Source: an uncultured delta proteobacterium
Lineage (GTDB): Bacteria; Desulfobacterota; Binatia; UBA9968
DNA: 64,000 nt
Reading direction: 5' to 3'
NCBI GenBank assembly: GCA_963727625.1
Contig: CAVSHR010000012.1
Location: 256,001-320,000, forward strand
Below, one piece after another: positions 52,877-64,000 of the stretch. Both the position numbers and the translations under genes were made by a program. The notes beneath the pieces were generated by a model. That model did no database searches. It was not told where the DNA came from and saw only the letters and a program-made list of their open reading frames with translations. The number at the start of each line of letters is the position of its first letter. Position 1 is the first letter of the stretch.

Positions 52877-52988
52877 ATACCACAGACGTTTGTCGAATCG
52901 TGTCACATGTTTTTAAAATATTTTCAGGCAGACTGGATTAGGGTTTCGCGTAGGATTTCAGCGACTTCCCCAGGTCGTCTTTGATTTC
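52877..52988. repeat. Direct repeat copy (WYL 3' tail plus downstream sequence)
   Basis: Nearly identical to 53887-53998. Confidence 0.9.
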
Positions 52989-53080
52989 ATCATGGGGATC
53001 GGTCCGTTCCAGCGGTTCCAACAGTCCCAATCGTTCCAAACGTTCGACTGGTTCCTCCGGTTCCGATTGTTCGGGTGACT

Positions 53081-53110
53081 TCCACGTTTCCGGAATTCCG
53101 GAAACGTGGA
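53081..53110. repeat. Perfect 30-bp palindrome
   Basis: TCCACGTTTCCGGAATTCCGGAAACGTGGA. Confidence 0.9.
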
Positions 53111-53122
53111 GATGAACGCCGG

Positions 53123-53668
53123 CTAGCGTTTGCCATAACGCGCCGGTTTTTCCTCGACCAGGAATCCGATCTTCTTTTTCTTAGGCTCCGGCGGCGTCAT
53201 GAGCTGGCGTATGGCCTCGAATAGGGACCTAATGTGCATGTCATGGCTTTCGAACTTGCGCTCCAGGGCCTCGAGCTTGTGAGCCAAGTCCTTGTTCGAC
53301 AAAATCATGTCCCTTAGCCGGACGAAGGCACGCATGATTTCGATATTGATTGCAACAGCCCGCTCACTCTTCAGCACGCTCGATAACATGGCGACTCCCT
53401 GCTCGGTGAAAACGTAAGGCAGGTACCGCCGCCCGCCGCGCCGATTCTTTGAGATCACAATTTGTGATCTCAAAAGGTTAGCTTCTTCATCCGACAGTTG
53501 GAACATAAAATCCGATGGAAATCGATTAGAGTTTCGCTTTACGGCTTGTACTAGAACACGGGTTTCAACCCCGTAGAGAACTGCTAGATCGGTGTCCAGC
53601 ATAACTTTATGACCGCGGACCAATAGTATGAGTCGCTCAATCTGCTCGGTTGGGATTATGCCTGCCAT
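53123..53668 (-). CDS. ORF6N-domain DNA-binding protein
   Basis: [51 protein letters not shown]. Confidence 0.93.
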   Translation of the reverse strand: MAGIIPTEQIERLILLVRGHKVMLDTDLAVLYGVETRVLVQAVKRNSNRFPSDFMFQLSDEEANLLRSQIVISKNRRGGRRYLPYVFTEQGVAMLSSVLKSERAVAINIEIMRAFVRLRDMILSNKDLAHKLEALERKFESHDMHIRSLFEAIRQLMTPPEPKKKKIGFLVEEKPARYGKR

Positions 53669-53886
53669 GCCTCAAGACCTCCCTTCCAACCAGCCAGTTA
53701 GCCATCACCTGAGTCGTCTTGACCGAACGGGCGACACTGGCACGAGCCGATTCGAGAAACCGGCGAATGCGATCGTAGATTGAATTGGATTTCCGGGACG
53801 CCATAAACACTTCGCGTGGGTTACATATCCTTCATTTGGTCGAATCGTTCAAATCGTTCGCATCGCAGTGAATGGAAGCGCTTTTC

Positions 53887-54080
53887 ATACCACAGACGTT
53901 TGTCGAATCGTGTCACATGTTTTTAAAATATTTTCAGGCAGACTGGATTAGGGTTTCGCGTAGGATCGCAGCGATTTCCCCAGGTCGTCTTTGATTTCTT
54001 TCACCAAGGAAGCCGGTTCGAGGACCTTGGCTAGCGCGCCGAAGCCCATGATCCAGGTCTTGATCTCTTTAATTCCGGCC
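53887..54080 (-). pseudogene. Duplicated WYL gene 3' end plus downstream repeat
   Basis: AGIKEIKTWIMGFGALAKVLEPASLVKEIKDDL matches the WYL C-terminus. Confidence 0.88.
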
Positions 54081-54130
54081 ATTTCAATGGCTTCGCTCAT
54101 CCATGAAAATTCCCTTGCCGGCGGTCTCAC

Positions 54131-55489
54131 TCACTTCCGGGTCAATCCCAATTCTTCCCACATCCAACGGAAATCGTAGGCGATCTCTCCAGATCGGCGC
54201 TGGCGCTCCGAGTGACTCTCGAAATCTTTTAGGAGGGCGACCACCTTGGGACGCACCGTCTTCAATCGCGCGGCATGGCGCGGCGTGCGGTTGCCAAGAG
54301 CCGGCACCGGCTCGTCGAGCCATTTGCGGTAATGATTGTCGTAATACTCCCCGAGGATTTCGCGCTGCGTTTCGATGGGAATATCCGGCTCCTTCTGTTT
54401 GGTCGTTTGCGGCGCGCGCTTCATCGCTTGCTCGACGTCTTCGTAGCTGATGGCGCGAAATCGTACGGCGCCGCCGAACAGATTTGGCAACTCGTCCCGG
54501 GCCTTCTCGGCCCGCTTTTGAGAAGTGGTTTCGAACACGACGCGTTTTTCGTCGAAGCCCATCGTGCCGACGCTGCGCTGGAAACTGCCTGCCGGCTCGA
54601 GCCAGGCGTAGCTGCCGTCGCCGTGATCGACAATATCGTCGCGATCCGCCAGGGAACGAATCGCCGCTTCCCGATCGACAAGGTCGAAGATCACTTTGGC
54701 GAAGATAAACGGTTCGCCATCGCCGGTGACGATCTTGGGACGGGGCGGCAGCGCGACGCGTTCCAACCAGAGATTATGGAAGACCGGCGCCATCCTTCTG
54801 AAGAAACCGCACAGGTCTTCATCCGGAAAGTCGTGCGTGAAGACTTGATACGCCTTTCTCAGGCCCTTCAGCAGATCGTCCTTGTCCGCCGCCCTGAATA
54901 AATACGGGATGGTTTCAAAAACCGTCTCGCCGTCGCCTCCCGGCCCGAGCCGCGCGACAACCAAGTCCCACGCGACGACCTGCCGTGTCGCGGCGCGCTC
55001 GCGCACAAACAATCGCCGATCGTCCCACAAGTCGCGCACTTCGAATCCTTGATCCGGTTTTACTTCGAGGATCTCATACAACCGCAGATGGCTTGCGCCC
55101 AGTCCGTTCAAATAATTCAATTCGCCGGAGCTTAATTGCTTCCCTTCGCTTTCGAGAAAAACTTCCAACATCGTCCGGCCGTCGCCGCAGTCGAAATCGA
55201 ACGCAAGCCAGCTATTGTAGGCGATCTCCACCGTCTCCGAAGTCATCACTTTTTTAAACTGCTGATCCGGCTCGTCCGACAGCCAGTCGCCCCAAAAAAG
55301 CGCGAGCGCCGCTTGGTGGATCTCCTTGAATTTGGACCGAGCCGCGAAGCGCATGAGCTTTGCCAGCGCGCTGCTTCGCTCTTCTGAACGGTAGGTCTGC
55401 GCGACCATAGCGCTCTTGTTCAAGCAGCATTTTTTGAATTTGCGCCCGCTGCCGCACGGACAGGGGTTATTACGACCAACCACACTCAC
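54131..55489 (-). CDS. SEC-C motif protein with C-terminal MbcA/ParS-like segment
   Basis: GRNNPCPCGSGRKFKKCC; WLDEPVPALGNRTPRHAA. Confidence 0.8.
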   Translation of the reverse strand: MSVVGRNNPCPCGSGRKFKKCCLNKSAMVAQTYRSEERSSALAKLMRFAARSKFKEIHQAALALFWGDWLSDEPDQQFKKVMTSETVEIAYNSWLAFDFDCGDGRTMLEVFLESEGKQLSSGELNYLNGLGASHLRLYEILEVKPDQGFEVRDLWDDRRLFVRERAATRQVVAWDLVVARLGPGGDGETVFETIPYLFRAADKDDLLKGLRKAYQVFTHDFPDEDLCGFFRRMAPVFHNLWLERVALPPRPKIVTGDGEPFIFAKVIFDLVDREAAIRSLADRDDIVDHGDGSYAWLEPAGSFQRSVGTMGFDEKRVVFETTSQKRAEKARDELPNLFGGAVRFRAISYEDVEQAMKRAPQTTKQKEPDIPIETQREILGEYYDNHYRKWLDEPVPALGNRTPRHAARLKTVRPKVVALLKDFESHSERQRRSGEIAYDFRWMWEELGLTRK

Positions 55490-55602
55490 TGCTAGTTCTC
55501 CGTTTCGTCATTTTTCGATTGCCGTCGTGAAATAAAGACTTGAGCCATTCCCACGTTCATTGCGACGCCATGGCTTATCGTATCGCGTCAAGTGTTCGTA
55601 CT

Positions 55603-56595
55603 CTACCTGCGTGCTCTAGAGTTTGCATAGGATTTCAACGCCTTTACCAGGTCGTCCTTGATTTCTTTGACCATGGACGCCGGTTCGAGGACTTTGGCGA
55701 GCGAGCCGAAGCCCATGATCCAGGTCTTGATCTCTTTGGTTCCGGCGACTTCGAAGGCAAGCTCCAGGGAGCCGTCTTTGAGCTTCTTGTTTTTCTGGCT
55801 CGGATGCCAGCGGCGCTCCAAGAGATAACGAGTGAGAGACTTATGGAAGCGGACTTTCACCCGCACCAACTCTTCGGTGAACATGCCGAAGCTGTGGCGT
55901 AGATAATTTTCCAGAGAGAAGCCAACGGGCGCCGCAAAGGTCTCGTCGGTTAACTTTATCTTTTGCATCCGGTCCACGACGAAGGTTCTGGTATCCTTGC
56001 GCATGTGGCAGTGACCGATCAGATAGAGAGACCCGTTGTGAAGATGGATGGCGTAAGGAGTGACCCGTCGCTCGCTCGGCGATTGATCGCGCGGTTGATA
56101 GACAAGCTGCAAGACCTTCCGGCCTTCGATGGCTTCCTGAATCACTTTGATGAACTCGCCGTAGTCTCCGTAGTTCTTCTGCGCGGGCATCCCCGAGATA
56201 AAGCTCTTGCGCAGGTCAACCATCTGTCGGAAGAGCGGCCTGGGCAGAACCGCCCACACTTTTTCGAAAAGCGACTGCAACGACTCGGCAAAAACGGTTC
56301 CGTCCAACGGTCGGATCGAGTCCTGCGCTAGATAAAGAGAAAGCAGTTCTGAAAGTGAAAAAGGAATTGAAAGCCGGTTCCGATAATCCGGATCGATCTT
56401 CCAAAAGCTCTCCCGCCCGTTCTTGTCGGGATAAAGCGGTATCCGGAGTTCTTCCAGAATTTGTAGGTCGCGGTATACCGCCCGCGTATTGGCGTGAAGC
56501 TGTTCGGCCATATCACGCACCCGCAACCCGTTCGCATTTCGTTCAATGATTGATAGTAGCTTGATCGCTCTCGAAACGGGTTTAGTCCGTGACAT
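55603..56595 (-). CDS. HTH-WYL-WCX transcriptional regulator
   Basis: LA..L....RAVYRDL..L HTH, R.V.PY....GSLYLIG.C..R...RTF..DR, WIMGFG..A.VLEP. Confidence 0.93.
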   Translation of the reverse strand: MSRTKPVSRAIKLLSIIERNANGLRVRDMAEQLHANTRAVYRDLQILEELRIPLYPDKNGRESFWKIDPDYRNRLSIPFSLSELLSLYLAQDSIRPLDGTVFAESLQSLFEKVWAVLPRPLFRQMVDLRKSFISGMPAQKNYGDYGEFIKVIQEAIEGRKVLQLVYQPRDQSPSERRVTPYAIHLHNGSLYLIGHCHMRKDTRTFVVDRMQKIKLTDETFAAPVGFSLENYLRHSFGMFTEELVRVKVRFHKSLTRYLLERRWHPSQKNKKLKDGSLELAFEVAGTKEIKTWIMGFGSLAKVLEPASMVKEIKDDLVKALKSYANSRARR

Positions 56596-56730
56596 GAATT
56601 CTTCTCACATAGCCGGATCTATCTTCGCGCGCTGGAGAATAGTTCGCCCTGGCTTGCCTCCCGGTTGCCGCAGTAAATGCCGTTGACAGGTGATTTGATC
56701 GTTTTCGGGCACCGAAACGATATCTATAAT

Positions 56731-56920
56731 TTATAACCGATCTTGCGCAACAGCTCTTTGCGCCGGGCGATAACCGGGTCGTCTTCGATGCCTTTGCGTT
56801 TGCCGCCGTCGATGGTGTCTGTGCTGCCGCCCCCTTGCTCGGTTTTGCCGATGATTACTCCGACGGGATTCGCCGAGGGCTTCGAGATCGTCGGCATGAA
56901 AAAAAACCTGCGGTTTGAGA
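56731..56920 (-). pseudogene. Degenerate copy of adenosine-specific kinase 3' half
   Basis: TTATAACCGATCTTGCGCA.CAGCTCTTTGCGCC etc. matches about 63283-63460. Confidence 0.8.
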
Positions 56921-57002
56921 AGACGCGCGCCCAGGAGCCGCGATCAAGCGCGGCGTTTTTCCGACGCCGCCGGCGAAACTGGATGGCGATCGTTCGCAGC
57001 GC

Positions 57003-57842
57003 CTATCTAAACGCCTCCACGCTCAACATAATCACTTCGATTTCCTCGGTGATTTCCTCTTGGCGCAGACTGTTGCGTTTGCGCAGAAGCTCGGTGGCGG
57101 TTTTCTCGAGCCGGCGCACCGCCGAGTCCATATGCTGCAAGCGGCGCTGATTTTCGGCCATCAGCGAGCTGTAAAGCAGTTCATGCAGCGCAGCGAATAG
57201 ATACTGATCGAGCAATCCGCTGAGAAACGATCGCGGCTGCAGATAAAGCAGCGGCGCATGAGCGTACGGTTTACTTTTGAGCGAAGCAGGTTGCAGCGGC
57301 TGCAAGACCGTGACGGCGACATGCTCATTTTCCGGTTGTTGGTGCAGCACCGTCAATCGCAGCGGTCCGTCGAAACCGCCGGGCACCCTCGGTCCCGTCA
57401 CAGCCTGCATCAACTTGACCAGGACTGCGTCGACCTCTTCCACCGCGCTGGCTCCGTCAATCGCGGCGCGCAGCCGCGCATCGTTGCCCAGTTTGGCCGC
57501 CAACTTGGCGCCCACCGTGACCAAGGATATTTCCCGAGCCGCGGCGCTTCGACCCTCAAAAGCTCTGATCAGCGCTTCGTTAAAGTCGCCGCAAAAGCCG
57601 CGCTCGCTTCCGACTAACAGGTAAAGTTCGCGAAATTTTTCGACGCCGGAAAACAGCGCGCGATGAAATTGCAGGAAATCGGCGGCGGCCGCTTCAATAC
57701 TGCCGACCACCTTGCGCTGGCTTTCGAGAAAGCGGGCAAGTTTATGCACTTCCATCAAGGAGAGATTTTTCATGGCGTTCATAATCTCCTTGATCTCATT
57801 GAGGCTGCCCAGCTGAGTTTCAATGTCGTGCCGCTTGCTCAT
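57003..57842 (-). CDS. atpG: N-type F1Fo ATPase gamma subunit
   Basis: I..AMK, SERGFCGDFN, EN..R...M..A, RQEEITEEI. Confidence 0.92.
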   Translation of the reverse strand: MSKRHDIETQLGSLNEIKEIMNAMKNLSLMEVHKLARFLESQRKVVGSIEAAAADFLQFHRALFSGVEKFRELYLLVGSERGFCGDFNEALIRAFEGRSAAAREISLVTVGAKLAAKLGNDARLRAAIDGASAVEEVDAVLVKLMQAVTGPRVPGGFDGPLRLTVLHQQPENEHVAVTVLQPLQPASLKSKPYAHAPLLYLQPRSFLSGLLDQYLFAALHELLYSSLMAENQRRLQHMDSAVRRLEKTATELLRKRNSLRQEEITEEIEVIMLSVEAFR

Positions 57843-57915
57843 CGACCGCTGCCCGCCTCACGACGATGCCCGATGCCGCGTGCCGCGGTGTCGGCGCTTG
57901 AGTGCTTGGCAAATC

Positions 57916-59442
57916 TCACGCCGCTTCCTCTTCGGCGGCGGTTCCCAGACCCTGGGCGACGAGATGCTTCCACTCGTCGCGCTTGCTCTCCAGCGTCAAC
58001 CCTGAACTGCGCACCGACTCTTCGAGGCGGCGCAGCGCCGGCGCAATCTCGTCGCTCGCCAGGCGATTGAGAAGCCCCTCGTTGTAGGCGACCATCCATG
58101 CCAGATGAAACGCGCCGGTCACCGGCGCAAGGCGATCTTGCTTGAGCGCCTCGCGCAAAATACGGCCCCGTTTGATCTTGGCTTCGACGGAAGCTTCCAG
58201 GCGCGCGCCGAAGCGGGTGAAGACTTCCAGTTCGAGAAATTGCAAATAGTCGAGCTTCATGTGACCGGTTTCCTGGGAAATGCGCCGGTCCTGCGCCTTG
58301 CCGCCGATGCGCGACACCGATTTTGTGACGTCGATCGCCGGCAGAAAGCCGATCGCGAACAACCCCGCGTCGAAATAGATCTGGCCGTCGGTAATCGAAA
58401 TCAGGTTGGTCGGGATGTAGGCGGCAATCTCGCCTTCGCGGGTCTCGACGATCGGCAGCGCCGTCATGCTGCCGCCCCCCTGCTCCGCCACCAAATGAGT
58501 CGAGCGTTCGAGCAGACGGGAGTGCAGATAAAAAATATCGCCGGGAAAGGCTTCCCGGCCCGGCGGCCGACGCAACAGCAAGGACAGTTCGCGATAGGCC
58601 TGCGCGTGGGCGGTCAGATCGTCATAGACAATCAGGGTGTCTTTGCCCTGCGCCATCCAGGCCTCGGCGACCGCACAGCCGGCAAAAGGCGCGAGATATT
58701 GCAGACCGGGGGTTGCCGTGGCCTCTGCCACGACGATCGAAGTATGTCCGAGCGCACCGGCCTCCCGCAGGGTCGCTATGGTACTGACGACCGATGAGCG
58801 CTTTTGACCGATCAACACATAGACACACAGGACATTCTTGTCTTTTTGGTTGATCACCGTATCGATCGCCAGAGAGCTTTTCCCCAGACCGTTGTCGCCG
58901 ATCAGCAGCTGGCGCTGTCCTTTGCCGATCGGAATCATCGTATCGACGATCTTATTCCCCGTATAAAGCGGGTCCTTGACAAATTCACGGTGGATGATCG
59001 GCGGCGATAAAGTTTCCAGCTCGCGGCGGCCAATGCATTCCGGCGTGGCGGCGCCGTCAAGGGGAACGCCCAAGGGATCGATCACCCGGCCGAGCAGCGC
59101 GTCACCCACGGGAATGCTCAAGCGCCGGCCCGAGAGAGTGGCGACGGCTCCGGCCGTAAGCTGCTCGCCTTGGGCCAATAGAATCGCGCTCAGAGTATCC
59201 GGCTCCAGCGCAAACACCACGGCACGGCTGCCGTCTTCGAATTCCAAAATATCTTCCATCGCTGCCGACGGCAGCCCCTTGACGCGCGCAATGCCGTCGC
59301 CGATGGAAACGATGCTGCCCTGCTCGGTGATGCGCAAAGCAAAGCGATAGGACTCCAGCCAGCGCGGGCGCTCCGGCGCGGCGGAAAGACGATCAATCGT
59401 CTCGGCCACGGGCACTCTCACGGGCGAAAAATTCCAGCTCAT
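57916..59442 (-). CDS. atpA: N-type F1Fo ATPase alpha subunit
   Basis: [43 protein letters not shown]; true start probably GTG at 59409. Confidence 0.95.
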   Translation of the reverse strand: MSWNFSPVRVPVAETIDRLSAAPERPRWLESYRFALRITEQGSIVSIGDGIARVKGLPSAAMEDILEFEDGSRAVVFALEPDTLSAILLAQGEQLTAGAVATLSGRRLSIPVGDALLGRVIDPLGVPLDGAATPECIGRRELETLSPPIIHREFVKDPLYTGNKIVDTMIPIGKGQRQLLIGDNGLGKSSLAIDTVINQKDKNVLCVYVLIGQKRSSVVSTIATLREAGALGHTSIVVAEATATPGLQYLAPFAGCAVAEAWMAQGKDTLIVYDDLTAHAQAYRELSLLLRRPPGREAFPGDIFYLHSRLLERSTHLVAEQGGGSMTALPIVETREGEIAAYIPTNLISITDGQIYFDAGLFAIGFLPAIDVTKSVSRIGGKAQDRRISQETGHMKLDYLQFLELEVFTRFGARLEASVEAKIKRGRILREALKQDRLAPVTGAFHLAWMVAYNEGLLNRLASDEIAPALRRLEESVRSSGLTLESKRDEWKHLVAQGLGTAAEEEAA

Positions 59443-60148
59443 CGGCGAGATTCGCGCGCAACACCCACGGGCCGATGCTGATCCGCAGCCCGGCGCGCAA
59501 GCCGCTTTCTTCGTCGAACTGCAGAGTGACGCCGTCCTGGGTCAATTTTTTAAGCTCTTGCTCGATGGCGCCGCGCTGCGCCGGGCCGATTGCAAAAGCG
59601 CTTGCCACTTTGATCTGCAGACCGGCGCGCCGGCAGGCGGAGCGCAGATTTTCAATTTGGTCCGCCGGCAGAGACTGCAAATCTTCCAACGCCAGGCTGA
59701 TCAGTCGGGCTTCGAGCTCCGGACCGGCCGCACGATCGAGAAGGCGGGCGGTGAATTTTACGCCGGCGGCGATACCGGTCGCTTCGGCGTTGTTGCGCAG
59801 CTCGTTCAAGCGCCGCTCTTCGAGCACCCGCGCTTTGCCGCGCTCCTGCTTGAGCGAGTCGTCGAGCGCCGACAGCAGCTGCGCGCGCCGCGCCGCGACC
59901 TCCTCGGTCACCCCGATGCGCAGTTTCGCCTTTTCATTTTCCCAATCGGCGAGGCGTTTTTGAAATTGCTGTTTGAGCGCCTCGGCCTCGCCCTGGCGCG
60001 CCTTGGCATCCGCCAGGTTCTTTTCAATCAGCGCTTTTCTTTGCCCGATCGCCTGCAAGATCGGTTTGTACAAGAATCGTTTGAGGATCCAGACGAGAAC
60101 CAGAAAATTGACGATCTCGAGAAAGAATGTCGGCCAGCTGAGTTCCAC
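59393..60148 (-). CDS. atpF: Fo b subunit with delta-like C-terminus
   Basis: [20 protein letters not shown], coiled coil, OSCP-like tail. Confidence 0.9.
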   Translation of the reverse strand: MELSWPTFFLEIVNFLVLVWILKRFLYKPILQAIGQRKALIEKNLADAKARQGEAEALKQQFQKRLADWENEKAKLRIGVTEEVAARRAQLLSALDDSLKQERGKARVLEERRLNELRNNAEATGIAAGVKFTARLLDRAAGPELEARLISLALEDLQSLPADQIENLRSACRRAGLQIKVASAFAIGPAQRGAIEQELKKLTQDGVTLQFDEESGLRAGLRISIGPWVLRANLADELEFFARESARGRDD

Positions 60149-60156
60149 CGCGTCCC

Positions 60157-60423
60157 CTACTTGACCAAATATTGCAGCAGCGGATTGCGAAACAGGATAA
60201 TTAACACGATGACCAGCACGTAGATGGCCAACGACTCGATCATGGCCAGGCCGATAAATAGGGTGCGGGTGATCGACTTCTCCGCCTCCGGCTGGCGCGC
60301 CAGCGCGTCAAGAGCTTGCACGATGGCCCGGCCCATCGCCAGCGCCGGGAACATCGCGCCGAGGGCGATGGCCACGGCCGCGGCCACGGTTGAGGCCAGG
60401 GTGAACCAAGTCATGTCCTGCAT
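60157..60423 (-). CDS. atpE: Fo c subunit
   Basis: ARQPEA loop, IESLAIY. Confidence 0.95.
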   Translation of the reverse strand: MQDMTWFTLASTVAAAVAIALGAMFPALAMGRAIVQALDALARQPEAEKSITRTLFIGLAMIESLAIYVLVIVLIILFRNPLLQYLVK

Positions 60424-60434
60424 GGGGTCGCTCC

Positions 60435-61124
60435 TTATCCTTCCCTTTTCTTCATCTCTAACGATTGAATTCCGCCGGCGATGTAAATCAGCGCCAGCAT
60501 GCCGAAGATGTAGGCCTGCACCAGCGCTTCAACGATGTGCAACAGCAGCACCGGCACCGGCACCAGGAAGCCGGCCACCAGCAATATCAGCAACGCCGCC
60601 ATCTCCAAGCTGAAAATGTTACCGAACAAACGCACCGCCAGCGCGATCGTGCGCGAGATCTCACTGACGATATGAAAGGGCAGAAGAATGGGATTGGGCT
60701 CAATGTAATGGCGCACGTAATGTCTCAGCCCATGGATCCGAACGCCGTACCAGTGCACCGATAGAAAAACCAAGAGCGCCAGCGCAGAGGTGGTCGCCAG
60801 ATCGGCGGTCGGACCGTGCAAACCGGGAATGATTCCAATTAAATTCGCGAACAGCGCAAAAATCCATAGCGAGGCGACAAACGGAAGCACGATCAGCGCG
60901 TGCTCCGGCAACACCGCTTCGATAGCATCTTGAATGGCCCCGACGACGCCTTCGAGCGCCGCTTGCCAGGGTCCGGGGTCGACTCTGAGCCGGCGTGTGG
61001 AAAGCCAGGAGATCAGCAACAAGCAAAGCATCACCGCCCAGGTGGTGACGACCGTTTCGCTGAGCGGCAGCGGCCCGAGGTAAAAGAGTACGGTATGGAA
61101 ACGATCGTTGCCTGCCATGGTCAT
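60435..61124 (-). CDS. atpB: Fo a subunit
   Basis: PTADL, SR.IALAVRLFGN, VQAYIF. Confidence 0.95.
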   Translation of the reverse strand: MTMAGNDRFHTVLFYLGPLPLSETVVTTWAVMLCLLLISWLSTRRLRVDPGPWQAALEGVVGAIQDAIEAVLPEHALIVLPFVASLWIFALFANLIGIIPGLHGPTADLATTSALALLVFLSVHWYGVRIHGLRHYVRHYIEPNPILLPFHIVSEISRTIALAVRLFGNIFSLEMAALLILLVAGFLVPVPVLLLHIVEALVQAYIFGMLALIYIAGGIQSLEMKKREG

Positions 61125-61407
61125 TCGCGAACAAAGAGATAGACGTTCATCCCGCCAACCACGACGCCGAGCACGATCATGCTGACGGTCCAGTGCACTT
61201 CATAGCCGGTCGACAAGCTATCGAGCCACTGGCCGAGGTATGCGCCGCCGACGACCGGCAGGACAAACATGAGCCCCAGGGTGCCGAGGTAAACGGTTTG
61301 GCCGATCAGGGTTCGCCTTTCTTTTTCGGCCTGCTTGATCCGCCGCGCCTGTTTTTCCACCTGCTCTTCGAGTTTTTCCTGAGCCGAGCGGCTGTCGTCG
61401 GACGATG

Positions 61408-61411
<4 letters not shown>
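61121..61411 (-). CDS. AtpZ/AtpQ (AtpI-like) protein
   Basis: G.LG...VLP.VGGAYLG.WLD; position in N-ATPase operon. Confidence 0.82.
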
Positions 61412-63224
<1,813 letters not shown>

Positions 63225-63276
63225 TCACTCCGGGCATTTCGGGTCCCGGCGCGCGGGCAGAAGACAAGTATAGCCG

Positions 63277-63762
63277 CTACAGCTTATAACCGATCTTGCG
63301 CAGCAGCTCTTTGCGCCAAGCGATACCCTTTGCATCTTCAACGCCCTTGCTCTTGCCGCCGTCGATGACGCCCAGGATGGCGCGCCCTTGCTCGGTTTCG
63401 GCGACGATCACTTCGACCGGATTGGCCGTCGCGCAAAAAACCCGGCAGACTTCGGGGACCATCTTGATATTGTTGAGGATGCTTACCGGGAAGAATCCCG
63501 GGCCGAGAAACAAGATAAAACTATGACCCGCCGACAAGGCCAGCGCATTGCGCTTGGCCAGCGCGATCATGGCATCGTCCGTGCCGGTCCAGCGCACGAG
63601 CATTTCACCGGAGGACTCGCAGAAGGCCAGGCCGAACTTGATCCCGGGAATTGCTTGAACCAGGGCTTCGTGGATGTCTTCGACGGTCTTGATGAAGTGG
63701 CTCTGGCCGAGAATGAAGTTGATGTCGTTGGGCTTGTCGATTTTAACCGTTGTCAATTCCAT
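63277..63762 (-). CDS. Adenosine-specific kinase (DUF355)
   Basis: NFILGQSHFIKTVEDI.E, GLAFCESSG, VPEVC..FCATANP. Confidence 0.9.
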   Translation of the reverse strand: MELTTVKIDKPNDINFILGQSHFIKTVEDIHEALVQAIPGIKFGLAFCESSGEMLVRWTGTDDAMIALAKRNALALSAGHSFILFLGPGFFPVSILNNIKMVPEVCRVFCATANPVEVIVAETEQGRAILGVIDGGKSKGVEDAKGIAWRKELLRKIGYKL

Positions 63763-63940
63763 GGCACCATTCCTTCCATGCGCGCGGCGGGAGCACTGAA
63801 TTCGATCCCCATGACAAAGTTGTATTGCACGAAAACGTTTTCGAAGGGATCGGCGTCGAACGGCGAGTTCATGATTCCGCGGGGGGACCGAAGCATGACC
63901 GCAGTGCCGTTTTCACCGCCCCAAAGACTCCAGGAATAAC

Positions 63941-64000
63941 TCACGTGGCTCGGATGACGAGCACCGGATCCTGCGAGTGCTGAACGACCTTCTCGGTTAC
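63941..64000 (-). CDS. Universal stress protein, C-terminal end (partial)
   Basis: Reverse strand reads VTEKVVQHSQDPVLVIRAT*. Confidence 0.65.
   Translation of the reverse strand, partial: VTEKVVQHSQDPVLVIRAT

Noticed and set aside
56683-56730. TTGACA ... TATAAT promoter on the plus strand
   Set aside because: Spacing is about 36 bp and there is no plausible downstream plus-strand gene.

Overview
A 64-kb GC-rich bacterial chromosome segment. The TTT transporter, Fic and TA repertoire tentatively suggest a Deltaproteobacteria/Binatota-like host (inference only). Left to right: L,D-transpeptidase and YcbK; a type I restriction-modification locus whose hsdS-hsdR interval holds a Gabija-like OLD-nuclease/UvrD pair, Fic genes, YhcG and a PIN TA pair; a stress cluster (P-type H+-ATPase, beta-CASP nuclease, LOG, M50/CBS protease); a TTT transporter; an OmpR-type two-component system with DegQ; a 32-repeat CRISPR array with a large minus-strand cas locus; a WYL regulator; and an N-type (alternate) F1Fo ATPase operon. 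The main finding is the cas locus. A type I-D operon (HD-cas10d, separately encoded cas11d, csc2/cas7, csc1/cas5, helicase-only cas3') has a second four-gene, type III-F-like effector module (HD-Cas10 without GGDD, Cas5/Csm4-like, Cas11-like, Csm3-like) translationally coupled between csc1 and cas3. Both modules share one cas6, one cas1-cas2-cas4 set and one array. A second theme is cargo cassettes bounded by duplicated gene ends (hsdS/hsdR, cas6 5' end, WYL 3' end, adenosine-kinase 3' end). Many defence genes are frameshifted, from either long-read errors or decay, so several gene models were joined across frames by eye.
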